From: a virus
IMG/VR virus record: IMGVR_UViG_3300043773_002546
Location: 32,001 to 96,000 of that record
Strand: one strand, 5' to 3'
DNA length: 64,000 nt
This document shows positions 1-8,468 of the stretch, piece by piece (the stretch's first letter is position 1; every line of letters begins with the position of its first letter). Under the pieces are notes generated by a model. It was not told where the DNA came from, made no database searches, and saw only the letters and a program-made list of their open reading frames with translations. Position numbers and translations under genes: made by a program.

Positions 1-2
1 AG

Positions 3-104
3 GGCGGCTACGGCCAAATCGTTCTGGATTGTGAAAACAACAAGGTCCGGATCGAACACAACGAGCGAATCATGGAGATCCGATACGACGAACAGGAGTG
101 GTAA
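3..104 (+). CDS. C-terminal fragment of hypothetical protein (DUF6878-like), truncated by window start
   Basis: Frame from 3 reads GGYGQIVLDCENNKVRIEHNERIMEIRYDEQEW*; TAATG stop/start overlap with next gene. Confidence 0.55.
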   Translation, partial: GGYGQIVLDCENNKVRIEHNERIMEIRYDEQEW

Positions 105-529
105 TGGCACACCCATACCATCACGCGGTCAGCTCGGCGCGGCGCTTCGGCGGCGTGCCCGAGGACTACATCAAGTATCACGACTGGTTTGACGGTTCAA
201 AAGCCCACGTCGCCGACTTTCGCCATCGAGCCCTTCGCCATCACACGGAGGGTATTTTCATGCTGGAGCAAATTTTTGGCGCCACCATGACCAATTCGGA
301 CGGACGCGTTGTACCCGTTCGATATATCGGCGAACAGCACGTCCAAGAAGATCTTGGCCGTATTCCAACCGTAGCAGAATGGCTCGAGCGCATCGAGCCC
401 GCGCGCTGGATGTTAGGCCGCGGCAAAGATCTGGCACGAGAACTTGAAAAGGAGCAACCCGATGGGATTGTGCGTATTTCCGACAGCCGACCTGCTGCGC
501 CTGACGCTGCATGCGATCTTGGCACCTAA
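104..529 (+). CDS. DUF6915-like phage protein
   Basis: MAHPYHHAVSSARRFGG..EDY...HDWFD.SK...D.RHRALRHH..GIF..EQHV.EDLG.IPT; SD CAGGAG upstream. Confidence 0.75.
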   Translation: MAHPYHHAVSSARRFGGVPEDYIKYHDWFDGSKAHVADFRHRALRHHTEGIFMLEQIFGATMTNSDGRVVPVRYIGEQHVQEDLGRIPTVAEWLERIEPARWMLGRGKDLARELEKEQPDGIVRISDSRPAAPDAACDLGT

Positions 530-926
530 TCACCGCATGGGCTACGAATCCGACGCGCCGCCAGCGCCCGGCTTGTTGCTCGTGCACGACCAGGGCGTCT
601 ATCTGATGTCCAACGGCCTACCAGCCGACACAGCAGCCGCCGAGACCGGCCAGCACGTCGTGTATGCCGACGGTTGTAACCCAAACATTGGCTCGTTTGA
701 CGAATGGTACGACACCAGCCGAGAGCTTGTAGGCGGTGACGATTTCGTCGAGGTTTTGCCGTTTGGCGATCCGCAAGAGTTTGTGACGAACTGCACAAAT
801 TACCACGAGTTTTGCGTTGACCTGACTGACAACCAGCTGGAAGCGTTCTTTCGCGAATCCAAAGCCCGCCCCAGCACAGCCCGCAGAGGTAACGGCAATG
901 CCCGCCGCTCGAGTCCGGCTAACTGA
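462..926 (+). CDS. DUF3085-like protein
   Basis: LLLVHDQGVYLMSNG...VVYADGCNP...GGDDFVE motif; SD AAGGAG at 449-454. Confidence 0.75.
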   Translation: MGLCVFPTADLLRLTLHAILAPNHRMGYESDAPPAPGLLLVHDQGVYLMSNGLPADTAAAETGQHVVYADGCNPNIGSFDEWYDTSRELVGGDDFVEVLPFGDPQEFVTNCTNYHEFCVDLTDNQLEAFFRESKARPSTARRGNGNARRSSPAN

Positions 927-1182
927 AGACGATCTCAAAGATATCAAACCCGGCAGTGAACTTTATCGCCGAGCTGCAGACACGCTGAAAGACAACCAAG
1001 ACGGCGCGGCGTATCTCGAGTACGCCCGAGACCGGCTTCATTGCGACGGCGAGTTGGAATTTGATGACGACGCCACAGTTAGCCTGGGCGCGGATGAAGG
1101 CGCTTACGTCATGGCCTGGGTGTGGGTGTCCGACGATACCATGCGCGCCGAAGGGTACCTAGAGAAAGAAGAAGATGTTTGA
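898..1182 (+). CDS. hypothetical protein
   Basis: In-chain + strand ORF; DDDATVS...GAYVMAWVWV resembles small phage proteins. Confidence 0.7.
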   Translation: MPAARVRLTEDDLKDIKPGSELYRRAADTLKDNQDGAAYLEYARDRLHCDGELEFDDDATVSLGADEGAYVMAWVWVSDDTMRAEGYLEKEEDV

Positions 1183-1570
1183 AAAAAGTAAAATCCGTAA
1201 AGAGTTTGAACGCCTGGCCGAAGACAACGAAATTCCTATGGCGACAATTGTTAATACGCAAATGTCGCTGCGAACAATCGGCGGCGGCAATTCTGTCGGC
1301 GACGTTGAATCAAGAAACACAGCTGAGCAATTCGTTTGGACGAGCGAGTCAGCTTCTTTAGGCTGGTGTCTAGGCGGCCGCGCGTTTGAGATGCTGCAGC
1401 AGCTGCTATCTAGGCCAAAAGAAATCGAAGACTGCAAAGACGGTTTTTTAGACGCGGCAGATGGGTATTTCAGTCAGCTGCGCGACGAACTCGACGAAAT
1501 TGACCCGGGAATTAAAAAGCCGAGTAACGACGGGAGCAGCGATGACGACAAAGACACAGACGAAAACTAA
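1175..1570 (+). CDS. hypothetical protein
   Basis: Overlaps both neighbours in the + strand chain; acidic tail. Confidence 0.65.
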   Translation: MFEKSKIRKEFERLAEDNEIPMATIVNTQMSLRTIGGGNSVGDVESRNTAEQFVWTSESASLGWCLGGRAFEMLQQLLSRPKEIEDCKDGFLDAADGYFSQLRDELDEIDPGIKKPSNDGSSDDDKDTDEN

Positions 1571-1796
1571 CCCCAAGCGCGTTGTGGTGTTTGTCGAGGG
1601 CGGCCTGGCCGAGGCCAGCATGGACGAAGGCGTGTCCTGGGAGCTTATCGACTGGGACAACATCAAAGATGGTCATGACCACTGGACAACCGAAGAAATT
1701 GACACGTTTGCCGCCTGGAGCAAAGGCTTGATTAGCCCCAAAACTATCGCGCGTTTACGCGAATACGCCAAGGAGCACGACGATGCCGAAGATTAA
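1542..1796 (+). CDS. hypothetical protein
   Basis: VVVFVEGGL...LIDWDN pattern; in-chain. Confidence 0.65.
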   Translation: MTTKTQTKTNPKRVVVFVEGGLAEASMDEGVSWELIDWDNIKDGHDHWTTEEIDTFAAWSKGLISPKTIARLREYAKEHDDAED

Positions 1797-2007
1797 TCAA
1801 CCAATCAAAATTATCAAAAACGACTTGATCACGATCCTGGAATTTATCCGGGTCGCTGTAACGGAATTTCCAAAAGCGACTGACCATATTTTAACTCATA
1901 TGGATTTATCCGACGAGGCGTTCAAGGAAACGTACGTCATGGTGGCCAGCGCGGTCGACTTCGACTTTGACGACGACGGAGACAACGACGATGGCAGCGA
2001 CAGTTGA
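1783..2007 (+). CDS. hypothetical protein
   Basis: In-chain ORF, SD AAGGAG upstream. Confidence 0.6.
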   Translation: MPKINQPIKIIKNDLITILEFIRVAVTEFPKATDHILTHMDLSDEAFKETYVMVASAVDFDFDDDGDNDDGSDS

Positions 2008-2155
2008 AACGCTCCGCGACTGGCTCAACACTTTTCCGCCAACTTGGACTGTTTATGTCGACGAGGGCGGCTTAACGCTTGTAGCGCGGGCAAACAAAAA
2101 AAGCGTCAAGTACGAATATGAACTTGGCGGAGAACCGGAGAACGACGATGAGTGA
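1991..2155 (+). CDS. hypothetical protein
   Basis: In-chain small ORF. Confidence 0.55.
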   Translation: MAATVETLRDWLNTFPPTWTVYVDEGGLTLVARANKKSVKYEYELGGEPENDDE

Positions 2156-2486
2156 AATCGTAGAAGTCAGCGGCGACACAATTTACGTAATTGACCGCCG
2201 CGTTGACCTGTCCGCAGAAGAGCGCCCGTTTCTGTATGACACAATCGACTGGCTCGCCCTGGCCAAGCAAAAAAGAGAACTGGTGGGCGTTATCAGCTTA
2301 GAAAACGGCCACGCTTTTGATGACGCGCCAGCTCACCCGCTGGACGGGCTGCTCGGCCTAATTGACCATGTCCAGGACGACGCCGAAGCCATGGGTTATC
2401 CGGTCGTCTATGGCTACGACTTGGAAATGTACAAAGAAGACCACCCCAACACGGAAATCCCAGATGGCGAAGAAAAAGCCACGTAG
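2148..2486 (+). CDS. hypothetical protein
   Basis: In-chain ORF, SD GGAG upstream. Confidence 0.6.
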   Translation: MSEIVEVSGDTIYVIDRRVDLSAEERPFLYDTIDWLALAKQKRELVGVISLENGHAFDDAPAHPLDGLLGLIDHVQDDAEAMGYPVVYGYDLEMYKEDHPNTEIPDGEEKAT

Positions 2487-2841
2487 CGTAGACATCGACC
2501 GGTTTGAGACGACCGAGCCAAACAAGTTCATTGAAATCAGCGTCGGCTACAGCGAGGGCGGGTCAATGTGGGGCGTACAAAACGCCCGCGCCTATTATCT
2601 GCACTGCACGCCGATCAAAATCGAGCAGCACAACGGGTACGCAACCAGATCGTACATGCTGTTTCACGGGCGCAAAGCCAAGCTTGAAGACGCCGCGCGT
2701 TTCAGTCAGAAAAAGCTTGACACGTTGGCTGAGACAGCGCGAAAAGCCTGTGCCGCACGGGATGAAGAAATTATGCGGCTTGTTAACGCCGTGCTGACAG
2801 AAGAAAACCTGACGCTGGCTGACGCTATGGTGACCGCATGA
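2464..2841 (+). CDS. hypothetical protein
   Basis: In-chain ORF; ATGA overlap with next gene. Confidence 0.65.
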   Translation: MAKKKPRSVDIDRFETTEPNKFIEISVGYSEGGSMWGVQNARAYYLHCTPIKIEQHNGYATRSYMLFHGRKAKLEDAARFSQKKLDTLAETARKACAARDEEIMRLVNAVLTEENLTLADAMVTA

Positions 2842-3128
2842 GCGATGATGACATTCTTTGGATTTGGGACGTGTGGGGCAGCAAAGAAGAGCTGTACGAC
2901 GAGTTTCTTAAAGGCCCGGACAAATGGAGCGACACTTTTCGGTATTGGGTGCTGCGCCACGTTGCCGACGGGCTGCTGGACAACTGGCTGGAAACGCACG
3001 ATGACACCGACCTGATTCGCGAGGCGGCCGAATTCATGGAGTGCGAAGCCATGAACGAAGTCGGCGACCCGGACGTTGACCAAATGGTTGAACTGTGTCA
3101 AAGAACGCAACATGACCAAAAAAACTGA
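2838..3128 (+). CDS. hypothetical protein
   Basis: In-chain ORF. Confidence 0.6.
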   Translation: MSDDDILWIWDVWGSKEELYDEFLKGPDKWSDTFRYWVLRHVADGLLDNWLETHDDTDLIREAAEFMECEAMNEVGDPDVDQMVELCQRTQHDQKN

Positions 3129-3462
3129 CAAATACGCGCCGTTCTGCAAAACAAAACGGTTTGACATTTTTCATCATCGCGTAGTGCGCAACCCCGACCT
3201 GGGCGTGCCGCGCGACATGTATACGGCTTGGCACCACAGCGACGATATGCCGCGCCCAATGTGCGTCGTCACTGTCTATCCGGACTACAAAAACTGGGTT
3301 GAGTGGATCGAAGTTGCTGACGACTATCGTCGCGAAGGCATCGCTACCGAAGTATGCGCGGCGCTGAGTGAAAAACTTGGCGGTTTAAACATGGGCGGCG
3401 CCACCAGTGTTGGCGAAGCGTTTGTCGCAGCATGGGAGAAACACACAAATGCTACGAATTGA
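3112..3462 (+). CDS. GNAT-like acetyltransferase
   Basis: VEWIEVADDYRREGIAT matches GNAT motif A (V..x.R.xG.A). Confidence 0.55.
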   Translation: MTKKTDKYAPFCKTKRFDIFHHRVVRNPDLGVPRDMYTAWHHSDDMPRPMCVVTVYPDYKNWVEWIEVADDYRREGIATEVCAALSEKLGGLNMGGATSVGEAFVAAWEKHTNATN

Positions 3463-3619
3463 ATTTGAGTACGGGTACGACGGCGAATTGATTCACAACA
3501 TCGTTGACGACAAAACTGATGAGCTGGTAGCGATGGTTTTTGCCGGGCAGGAAACCGCCGAACAGATGATCGAAAGCCTAGACAACGCGCGCGCACTTGC
3601 CGTACTGGAAAAAATGTGA
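3449..3619 (+). CDS. hypothetical protein
   Basis: In-chain small ORF. Confidence 0.5.
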   Translation: MLRIEFEYGYDGELIHNIVDDKTDELVAMVFAGQETAEQMIESLDNARALAVLEKM

Positions 3620-3834
3620 GCGCAAACGACAAGTACTACGCAGACCTGCGCTGGGCGCCAGAAGACATTCAAACGCTGCGCCCAGATTGGTCGCTTGAGC
3701 GTTGTGAAGAATGGCTCATAGCCAACCAAAAGTACATTAGAGACCGGCTATGTGAACTTGGTTGGGACGTTATTGAAATGATGATACACACCGACGACAT
3801 GGGAATAACACATGAGCCACGTGAGCCAGACTGA
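3616..3834 (+). CDS. hypothetical protein
   Basis: RPDWSLERCEEWL...IRDRLCELGWDVIE, in-chain. Confidence 0.65.
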   Translation: MSANDKYYADLRWAPEDIQTLRPDWSLERCEEWLIANQKYIRDRLCELGWDVIEMMIHTDDMGITHEPREPD

Positions 3835-3973
3835 GCATGTTTGGGAATTCACGTTTATGGTGGTGCAGGCAGCAGAGACATACGAAGCCGCACTAGAAGC
3901 GGCGCATGACTATCTAGCCGAATACGCCGACAAAAGAGAACTGGAGCCGGTGCAATCCCGGATTATTGAATGA
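3821..3973 (+). CDS. hypothetical protein (50 aa, not in supplied ORF track)
   Basis: GTG start at 3821, VSQTEHVWEFTFMVVQAAETYEAALEAAHDYL...IIE*; fills the gap and overlaps next start (ATGA). Confidence 0.5.
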   Translation: MSQTEHVWEFTFMVVQAAETYEAALEAAHDYLAEYADKRELEPVQSRIIE

Positions 3974-4431
3974 CCGCCAAACTTGCCTACCTAATGCGGC
4001 ACGACAACGAATTCGATCCCGAGCACATGCGCGAGATCATCTATGACCTGTTTGCGGGCTCATTCGAGAGCGACTGCGGCAGCACCGACGAGATCATCGA
4101 CACGCTGTGCATGGCGATCTTCAAATACCGCTGCGCCACGGAAGACGACCTCGACGTTGACCGGGTGTTTATCTCCGACAAGAAACTGGCCGAGTGCTAC
4201 TTCTGCGACAACGTTGAAAAAATCCTTGTTGCGCACGGTTTTGACAAGGAAAACGCCGCAGAGTACGCCTCTTGGCCTGAGACCCTTCCGGTTGATGCAA
4301 CCTGGGAAAAAGAAGCCCTGCGCGAGCTGGCGCTAATTCAGGCTGGTCACGACCTAGTAGTCCGCGACCAACTCAAGCAGCTCTGGGCCGAAGAGAAAGC
4401 CAAAAAGGAGGCCGCCGAAAAGGTGGTTTGA
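3970..4431 (+). CDS. hypothetical protein
   Basis: In-chain ORF. Confidence 0.65.
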   Translation: MTAKLAYLMRHDNEFDPEHMREIIYDLFAGSFESDCGSTDEIIDTLCMAIFKYRCATEDDLDVDRVFISDKKLAECYFCDNVEKILVAHGFDKENAAEYASWPETLPVDATWEKEALRELALIQAGHDLVVRDQLKQLWAEEKAKKEAAEKVV

Positions 4432-4441
4432 TATCAATGGA
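4424..4441. repeat. dispersed palindrome copy 1
   Basis: TGGTTTGATATCAATGGA, at stop/start junction. Confidence 0.75.
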
Positions 4442-4763
4442 ACCGCGAGTGTTCACAAAGGGCGTTTTGAAAAGCGTCAACACCATGGCGCACGTCCAAG
4501 GTTATAACCGCATCGTGGACGAAAAGTTTCTCGACCGGCTGCCCGATGAGAAGTTCTACGTGCCGAATTTTGTGCTGCTGCACGAGCACAAAGCGGGCAA
4601 GCTCTGCGATCCGCACGTTCGGTGCGTGTTTGATCACGAAGGTGACTATTTTATCATCGACGTGGAGATGGGCTGCTGGGAAAAGCTGCCTACAGCCAGC
4701 GAAATGGCCCGCATGATTCGTCACGTAGAGACCCGCAGGGCTGAAGGAGACGTCTACGTATGA
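4428..4763 (+). CDS. hypothetical protein
   Basis: In-chain ORF; start (TTG 4428 or ATG 4437) lies within a palindrome copy. Confidence 0.6.
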   Translation: MISMEPRVFTKGVLKSVNTMAHVQGYNRIVDEKFLDRLPDEKFYVPNFVLLHEHKAGKLCDPHVRCVFDHEGDYFIIDVEMGCWEKLPTASEMARMIRHVETRRAEGDVYV

Positions 4764-5206
4764 GCATCGACCTGATCCGCGAAAAGCAGCGGCAGATTCT
4801 TGCGGCCAAAGAAGCGGCCAAGAAAGCGGCTGAAGAACGCTCTAAAGCGGCAAAAAAGGCCTTTGACGAAACTGGCATTCCGGCCATGTGGGCGGCCATC
4901 AAAGACATCAAAGTCCCGCATTGGCGCGGCAACGGCAGCCGAGAAAACAACCCGCTCGTCGAGATTCCGCTGTCCGAACACGTTAAGTCAATTAACGACG
5001 TGAGCATCTGGTTGCTCGACCACGACGGCGGCATCAAGATCAGCTGGTACGCCGAGAGTACGGACAAAGGCGCCCTGTGGTTGCGCGTCGGCGGCCGAGA
5101 AGGCCGCACCGGCGATAGTTACACTGCCGAGAGTCTTCGAGACCATTTTGTGGACTACATGGCCAAGCTGTTGCCGCCCCTGGAGAATACAAATGCCAAA
5201 GTTTAA
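4760..5206 (+). CDS. hypothetical protein with Lys/Ala-rich N-terminal coiled coil
   Basis: AAKEAAKKAAEERSKAAKKA; SD GAAGGAG upstream. Confidence 0.65.
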   Translation: MSIDLIREKQRQILAAKEAAKKAAEERSKAAKKAFDETGIPAMWAAIKDIKVPHWRGNGSRENNPLVEIPLSEHVKSINDVSIWLLDHDGGIKISWYAESTDKGALWLRVGGREGRTGDSYTAESLRDHFVDYMAKLLPPLENTNAKV

Positions 5207-5384
5207 TCACGCCTATACGTTGTCGTTTGAGATCACGAGCAATCACGAAGAAGGCGAGGATCTCACCGGCCTTGATTTGCGCAAAGCGCTGCTTAAGCGA
5301 CTGGACAATCTAAGCGACGATGACATGCTTGAAGCGTGCGAACCATTCGACACGTTTGAAATCGAAGACGACGAGGAGGATTAA
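5193..5384 (+). CDS. hypothetical protein
   Basis: In-chain ORF, SD GGAG; TAATG overlap with hldD. Confidence 0.6.
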   Translation: MPKFNHAYTLSFEITSNHEEGEDLTGLDLRKALLKRLDNLSDDDMLEACEPFDTFEIEDDEED

Positions 5385-6319
5385 TGATTTTGCTCACTGG
5401 GGCCGCGGGCTTTATTGGCTCAAACGTGCTCCAAGCCCTGAACGACCAGGGCCGAGACGATATCATCTGTGTAGATGACCTGACCAACGGCGCCAAGTGC
5501 CGCAACCTAGTCGGAAAAAAATTCTGGCGGTACGTTGACCGTCGCGCCGTGTTTGGCTTAGACCGCGCGCTGTTTAGTGAAATCATCCATTTAGGCGCCA
5601 ATGTCGACACAACTTGCACTGACGGTCGCGCAATGGTTCGCGACAACTACGACGTCTCGTTTGAGCTCTACAAGCATTTTGTACTCGACAATCCCGAGTG
5701 CACATTTGTTTACGCCTCAACCGCCGGAGTCTACGGCTTAAACGACAAAACGGCCGCGGCGGGTTTCCGCGAAACGCCCGAATGCGAGGATCCGCACTCG
5801 CCGTATGCGTTCAGCAAGTGGCTGTTTGACAGCTACATGCGCATTGAATTAGGCGCGCTGCATACCATGTCGATCACGGGCCTGAGATTCTTTAACGTCT
5901 ACGGCCCCGGCGAGCAGCACAAAAAACGCATGCGCTCGGCTATCGGCAACATGATCAATGATATCAATGAGGGCAGACGGCCCGTGCTTTTTGACGGTAG
6001 CGAATGGATCATGCGAGATTTCGTCTGGGTCGGCGACGCGGTCAATACCGTGCTCTGGGCCTTAGACAGCCGCCCGCGTGGGATCTTCAACGTCGGTAGT
6101 GGGGTAGCCAGATCCTTCCTAGACGCCTACAACGCTGTAGCCGACGCCGCCGCGTACGACGGTCACCCTCAGTACGTAGACTTCCCTAAAGACTTGCGTC
6201 ACTATCAGTGTTTTACGCAAGCTGATCTGACTAATCTGCGCGCCGCTGGTTTTACCCATAAGTTTGCGACGCTTGAAGAAGGCGTAAAACAGTACGTTGC
6301 GCAGTATCACAGGAGTTAA
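5384..6319 (+). CDS. hldD: ADP-L-glycero-D-manno-heptose 6-epimerase (extended SDR)
   Basis: ILLTGAAGFIGSN, DIICVDDLTNG, YASTAGVYG, SPYAFSK (YxxxK), GLRFFNVYGPGE, RDFVWVGD, FNVGSG, YQCFTQADLTNLRAAG; C-terminal pattern is HldD/RfaD-specific. Confidence 0.9.
   Translation: MILLTGAAGFIGSNVLQALNDQGRDDIICVDDLTNGAKCRNLVGKKFWRYVDRRAVFGLDRALFSEIIHLGANVDTTCTDGRAMVRDNYDVSFELYKHFVLDNPECTFVYASTAGVYGLNDKTAAAGFRETPECEDPHSPYAFSKWLFDSYMRIELGALHTMSITGLRFFNVYGPGEQHKKRMRSAIGNMINDINEGRRPVLFDGSEWIMRDFVWVGDAVNTVLWALDSRPRGIFNVGSGVARSFLDAYNAVADAAAYDGHPQYVDFPKDLRHYQCFTQADLTNLRAAGFTHKFATLEEGVKQYVAQYHRS
5954..5971. repeat. dispersed palindrome copy 2
   Basis: ATCAATGATATCAATGAG, inside hldD. Confidence 0.85.
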
Positions 6320-6369
6320 ACATGTGCGCGCGCAGGACGCCGCGCTTGTTGCGTTCGCCGCAAGCTGTT

Positions 6370-6687
6370 ATGACCTTCAAAAAAATGCCTTTGGAGGAAT
6401 GGCTCGCCCTGCCAGAGTGCCCAATGCACGAAGCAGATAGCGAACGCGCCAAGACCGAACAGAAAGTTAAAAACAATCGGCATTTACGGCGGTTGCACCC
6501 ACTGCACCTGGGGGTGTTTGTCGCCGAGACCCGCGATGGCCGCCAGTTTCGCATCAACGGTTATTCGCGGGCTTATGTCTGGGAGCACTCGCTTTCAGAC
6601 AAGACTCCCAAAACTGTCGACGTTAACATTTTGCACGTGCGTAACGTGGAAGAAGTTAACGCGCGATATCAAACGTTTTACTCGTGA
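6370..6687 (+). CDS. short ParB/Srx-like N-terminal domain protein (possibly truncated)
   Basis: HLGVFVAETRDGRQFRINGYSRAYVW resembles the ParB-N xxDGxxR motif. Confidence 0.4.
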   Translation: MTFKKMPLEEWLALPECPMHEADSERAKTEQKVKNNRHLRRLHPLHLGVFVAETRDGRQFRINGYSRAYVWEHSLSDKTPKTVDVNILHVRNVEEVNARYQTFYS

Positions 6688-6726
6688 GCGTCGTGTTGGC
6701 GCTCGTTTCCCTAGAAGGACTCTACC

Positions 6727-8049
6727 ATGACGACTCGAAACCAGACCGATAATAACAACGCCGCTACCCCTTGTGCGCGCAGAAGTCGTAATTTTCAAGG
6801 TCTGGTTGGAATTGATAAAAGAACGCGCACTCGCGTGTTCATGAACCATCTTACGCCTGCAATGGTTGAGGGCGTGCCTGCCGAGTTTGCAGAAACGCCC
6901 GCAACGCGGTTGCAGCTGTATGCCGCAATCACTGCGCGCCACGAAGAAGAGATGACCGATCCGCTGTGCGTAACAACAGCGTCGGTTGGGTTTAAGATGC
7001 CCTGGAACGTGCTGACGCGCAACGCTGCGTATCAGCGCGACGAGTTTCTCAAGAAAAACAAGGTTGCGCGGATAGTCAACAATTGGCGTCCAGCCAAGTT
7101 TCAGTCGTTGCGCGTGGCGATGATCCCAGTTTACGACGACAATGGCACAATGATCGACGTGCGTTTCGAAGTTGCCGACGGGTGGCATCGTCGCAGCGCG
7201 CTTGTCCAGCTGCAAATGACCGCAGGAAACACGTTGTTTACGATCTCCTGCGAAATCACGCCGTGTCGCAATCAGGCAGAAGCCGCGTCGATCTTTTCGG
7301 CGTCCAACAATCCTGACGAGCGCGCGCCGACGTCTTCTAAAGAGCAGTGGAAGGCTGCTTTTGTCGAAGGGCAAACAGACGTCGTTGGCGTCGTCGAGCT
7401 GTGCGACGAATACGGCCTCAACGCGCGCTGCACGAGTCGAACACGGCGTTGGCCGTACGTTGACTTCGGCTTCGCAATCCGAAACGCCATCAGCGACCCG
7501 CGTATCGGCCTGGAAGGCATGCACCGCGGGTTGCAGATCTACGGCAACGCGCAGCTTTTTGGGTTGCGCGCTCCCAAGCTCGAGCACGTGCCACATGCGC
7601 TGTCAGCGCAGATGTTCATCGGCGTATGCCGGTTTATCGCGCTGTTCGAAATGCCCGGGTACGCGCATGACGTTGTGATTCAGCGAATGTTCGCAGATCC
7701 GTCGTTCTTGCACCGTATGCGTTACCACCTCGAGACAATGTCGCTGGAAGACATCGCTGACGCGATTGGTTTTTCAGTGTCGCGTCATAACGAGCAGCAC
7801 ATTCGGCAGTGGAAAATTACTGCCTCACTTGTGCGAATCTACGAGGAGTACGTGACCAAGCCCCGATCGAGCAAGCAGAGCCTCTGGCCTGAGTGCCCCG
7901 TCGAGCTGCGTACGTTGTTCCACTCGATCCGGCATGAAGAAGACGAGCAGCGCCGTGCGCAGCGTGTCGCGCAGATGCACCGGACCCTGGTTCGGATGAA
8001 TCTGCCGCCGCGCTTCGAGGTTTGCGTTGTGCGGCCTATCACCCGCTAA
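6727..8049 (+). CDS. ParB/Srx- or DGQHR-like domain protein
   Basis: YQRDEF...IVNNWRP..FQSLRVAM...RFEVADGWHRRSAL...EAASIFSASN; SD GAAGGA. Confidence 0.6.
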   Translation: MTTRNQTDNNNAATPCARRSRNFQGLVGIDKRTRTRVFMNHLTPAMVEGVPAEFAETPATRLQLYAAITARHEEEMTDPLCVTTASVGFKMPWNVLTRNAAYQRDEFLKKNKVARIVNNWRPAKFQSLRVAMIPVYDDNGTMIDVRFEVADGWHRRSALVQLQMTAGNTLFTISCEITPCRNQAEAASIFSASNNPDERAPTSSKEQWKAAFVEGQTDVVGVVELCDEYGLNARCTSRTRRWPYVDFGFAIRNAISDPRIGLEGMHRGLQIYGNAQLFGLRAPKLEHVPHALSAQMFIGVCRFIALFEMPGYAHDVVIQRMFADPSFLHRMRYHLETMSLEDIADAIGFSVSRHNEQHIRQWKITASLVRIYEEYVTKPRSSKQSLWPECPVELRTLFHSIRHEEDEQRRAQRVAQMHRTLVRMNLPPRFEVCVVRPITR

Positions 8050-8267
8050 AGCTTCCCGGACTAGCCGGTCGGCCTCCGCGACCGTCTGAGAGGCTGTGCG
8101 GGGCCCTGAGAAGGGCCCGCCAGCTCTGTCCGGAATCAAAATTTCTTTAACCTGGTCTTCCTTCGGAAGACATTAGGTCAGCCTAAATCGGACAAACTGA
8201 CCTTAAGTGCTTGTCCGGCTTTGACTTCCAGCTTGCGTTTTTAAACCTGACAAGGCGGCATTTGGAG

Positions 8268-8356
8268 GCATTTGTCGTAAGTCGTTTATTTGCAACACCT
8301 TACGACGCGCAGGTATTCCGCATTTGTCGTAAGTTGTTTGCTAGCAACACTTTACG
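8268..8356. repeat. two imperfect direct-repeat units, each an inverted repeat (CGTAAG...CTTACG)
   Basis: 8268 GCATTTGTCGTAAGTCGTTTATTTGCAACACCTTACGAC; 8320 GCATTTGTCGTAAGTTGTTTGCTAGCAACACTTTACG. Confidence 0.85.
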
Positions 8357-8368
8357 CGTTTTTTTTTT
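8326..8368 (+). terminator. possible intrinsic terminator
   Basis: Imperfect hairpin CGTAAGTTGTT..AACACTTTACG followed by 10 T. Confidence 0.45.
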
Positions 8369-8443
8369 GTTGCTGGCTGTCACAGAAAGGACCCCGCGCT
8401 GCTTGGATACGGCGCTACCACGCACCGACAACCCGTATCGAAT

Positions 8444-8461
8444 CTCATTGATATCAAACCG
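8444..8461. repeat. dispersed palindrome copy 3
   Basis: CTCATTGATATCAAACCG, intergenic. Confidence 0.85.
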
Positions 8462-8468
8462 CCCGCGA

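Larger units (their letters stand above)
8050..8468. other. largest non-coding gap; multiple hairpins, a 52-bp-period direct repeat and a palindrome copy
   Basis: GGGCCC-tgagaa-GGGCCC 8101-8118; GTCTTC-cttcg-GAAGAC about 8155-8171; GGTCAG...CTGACC about 8176-8202; repeat units at 8268 and 8320; T10 at 8359-8368. Confidence 0.7.

Noticed and set aside
8211-8468. N-terminal extension of the 8211-9242 ORF
   Set aside because: Runs through hairpins, repeats and a T10 tract; conserved-looking sequence begins after ATG 8469
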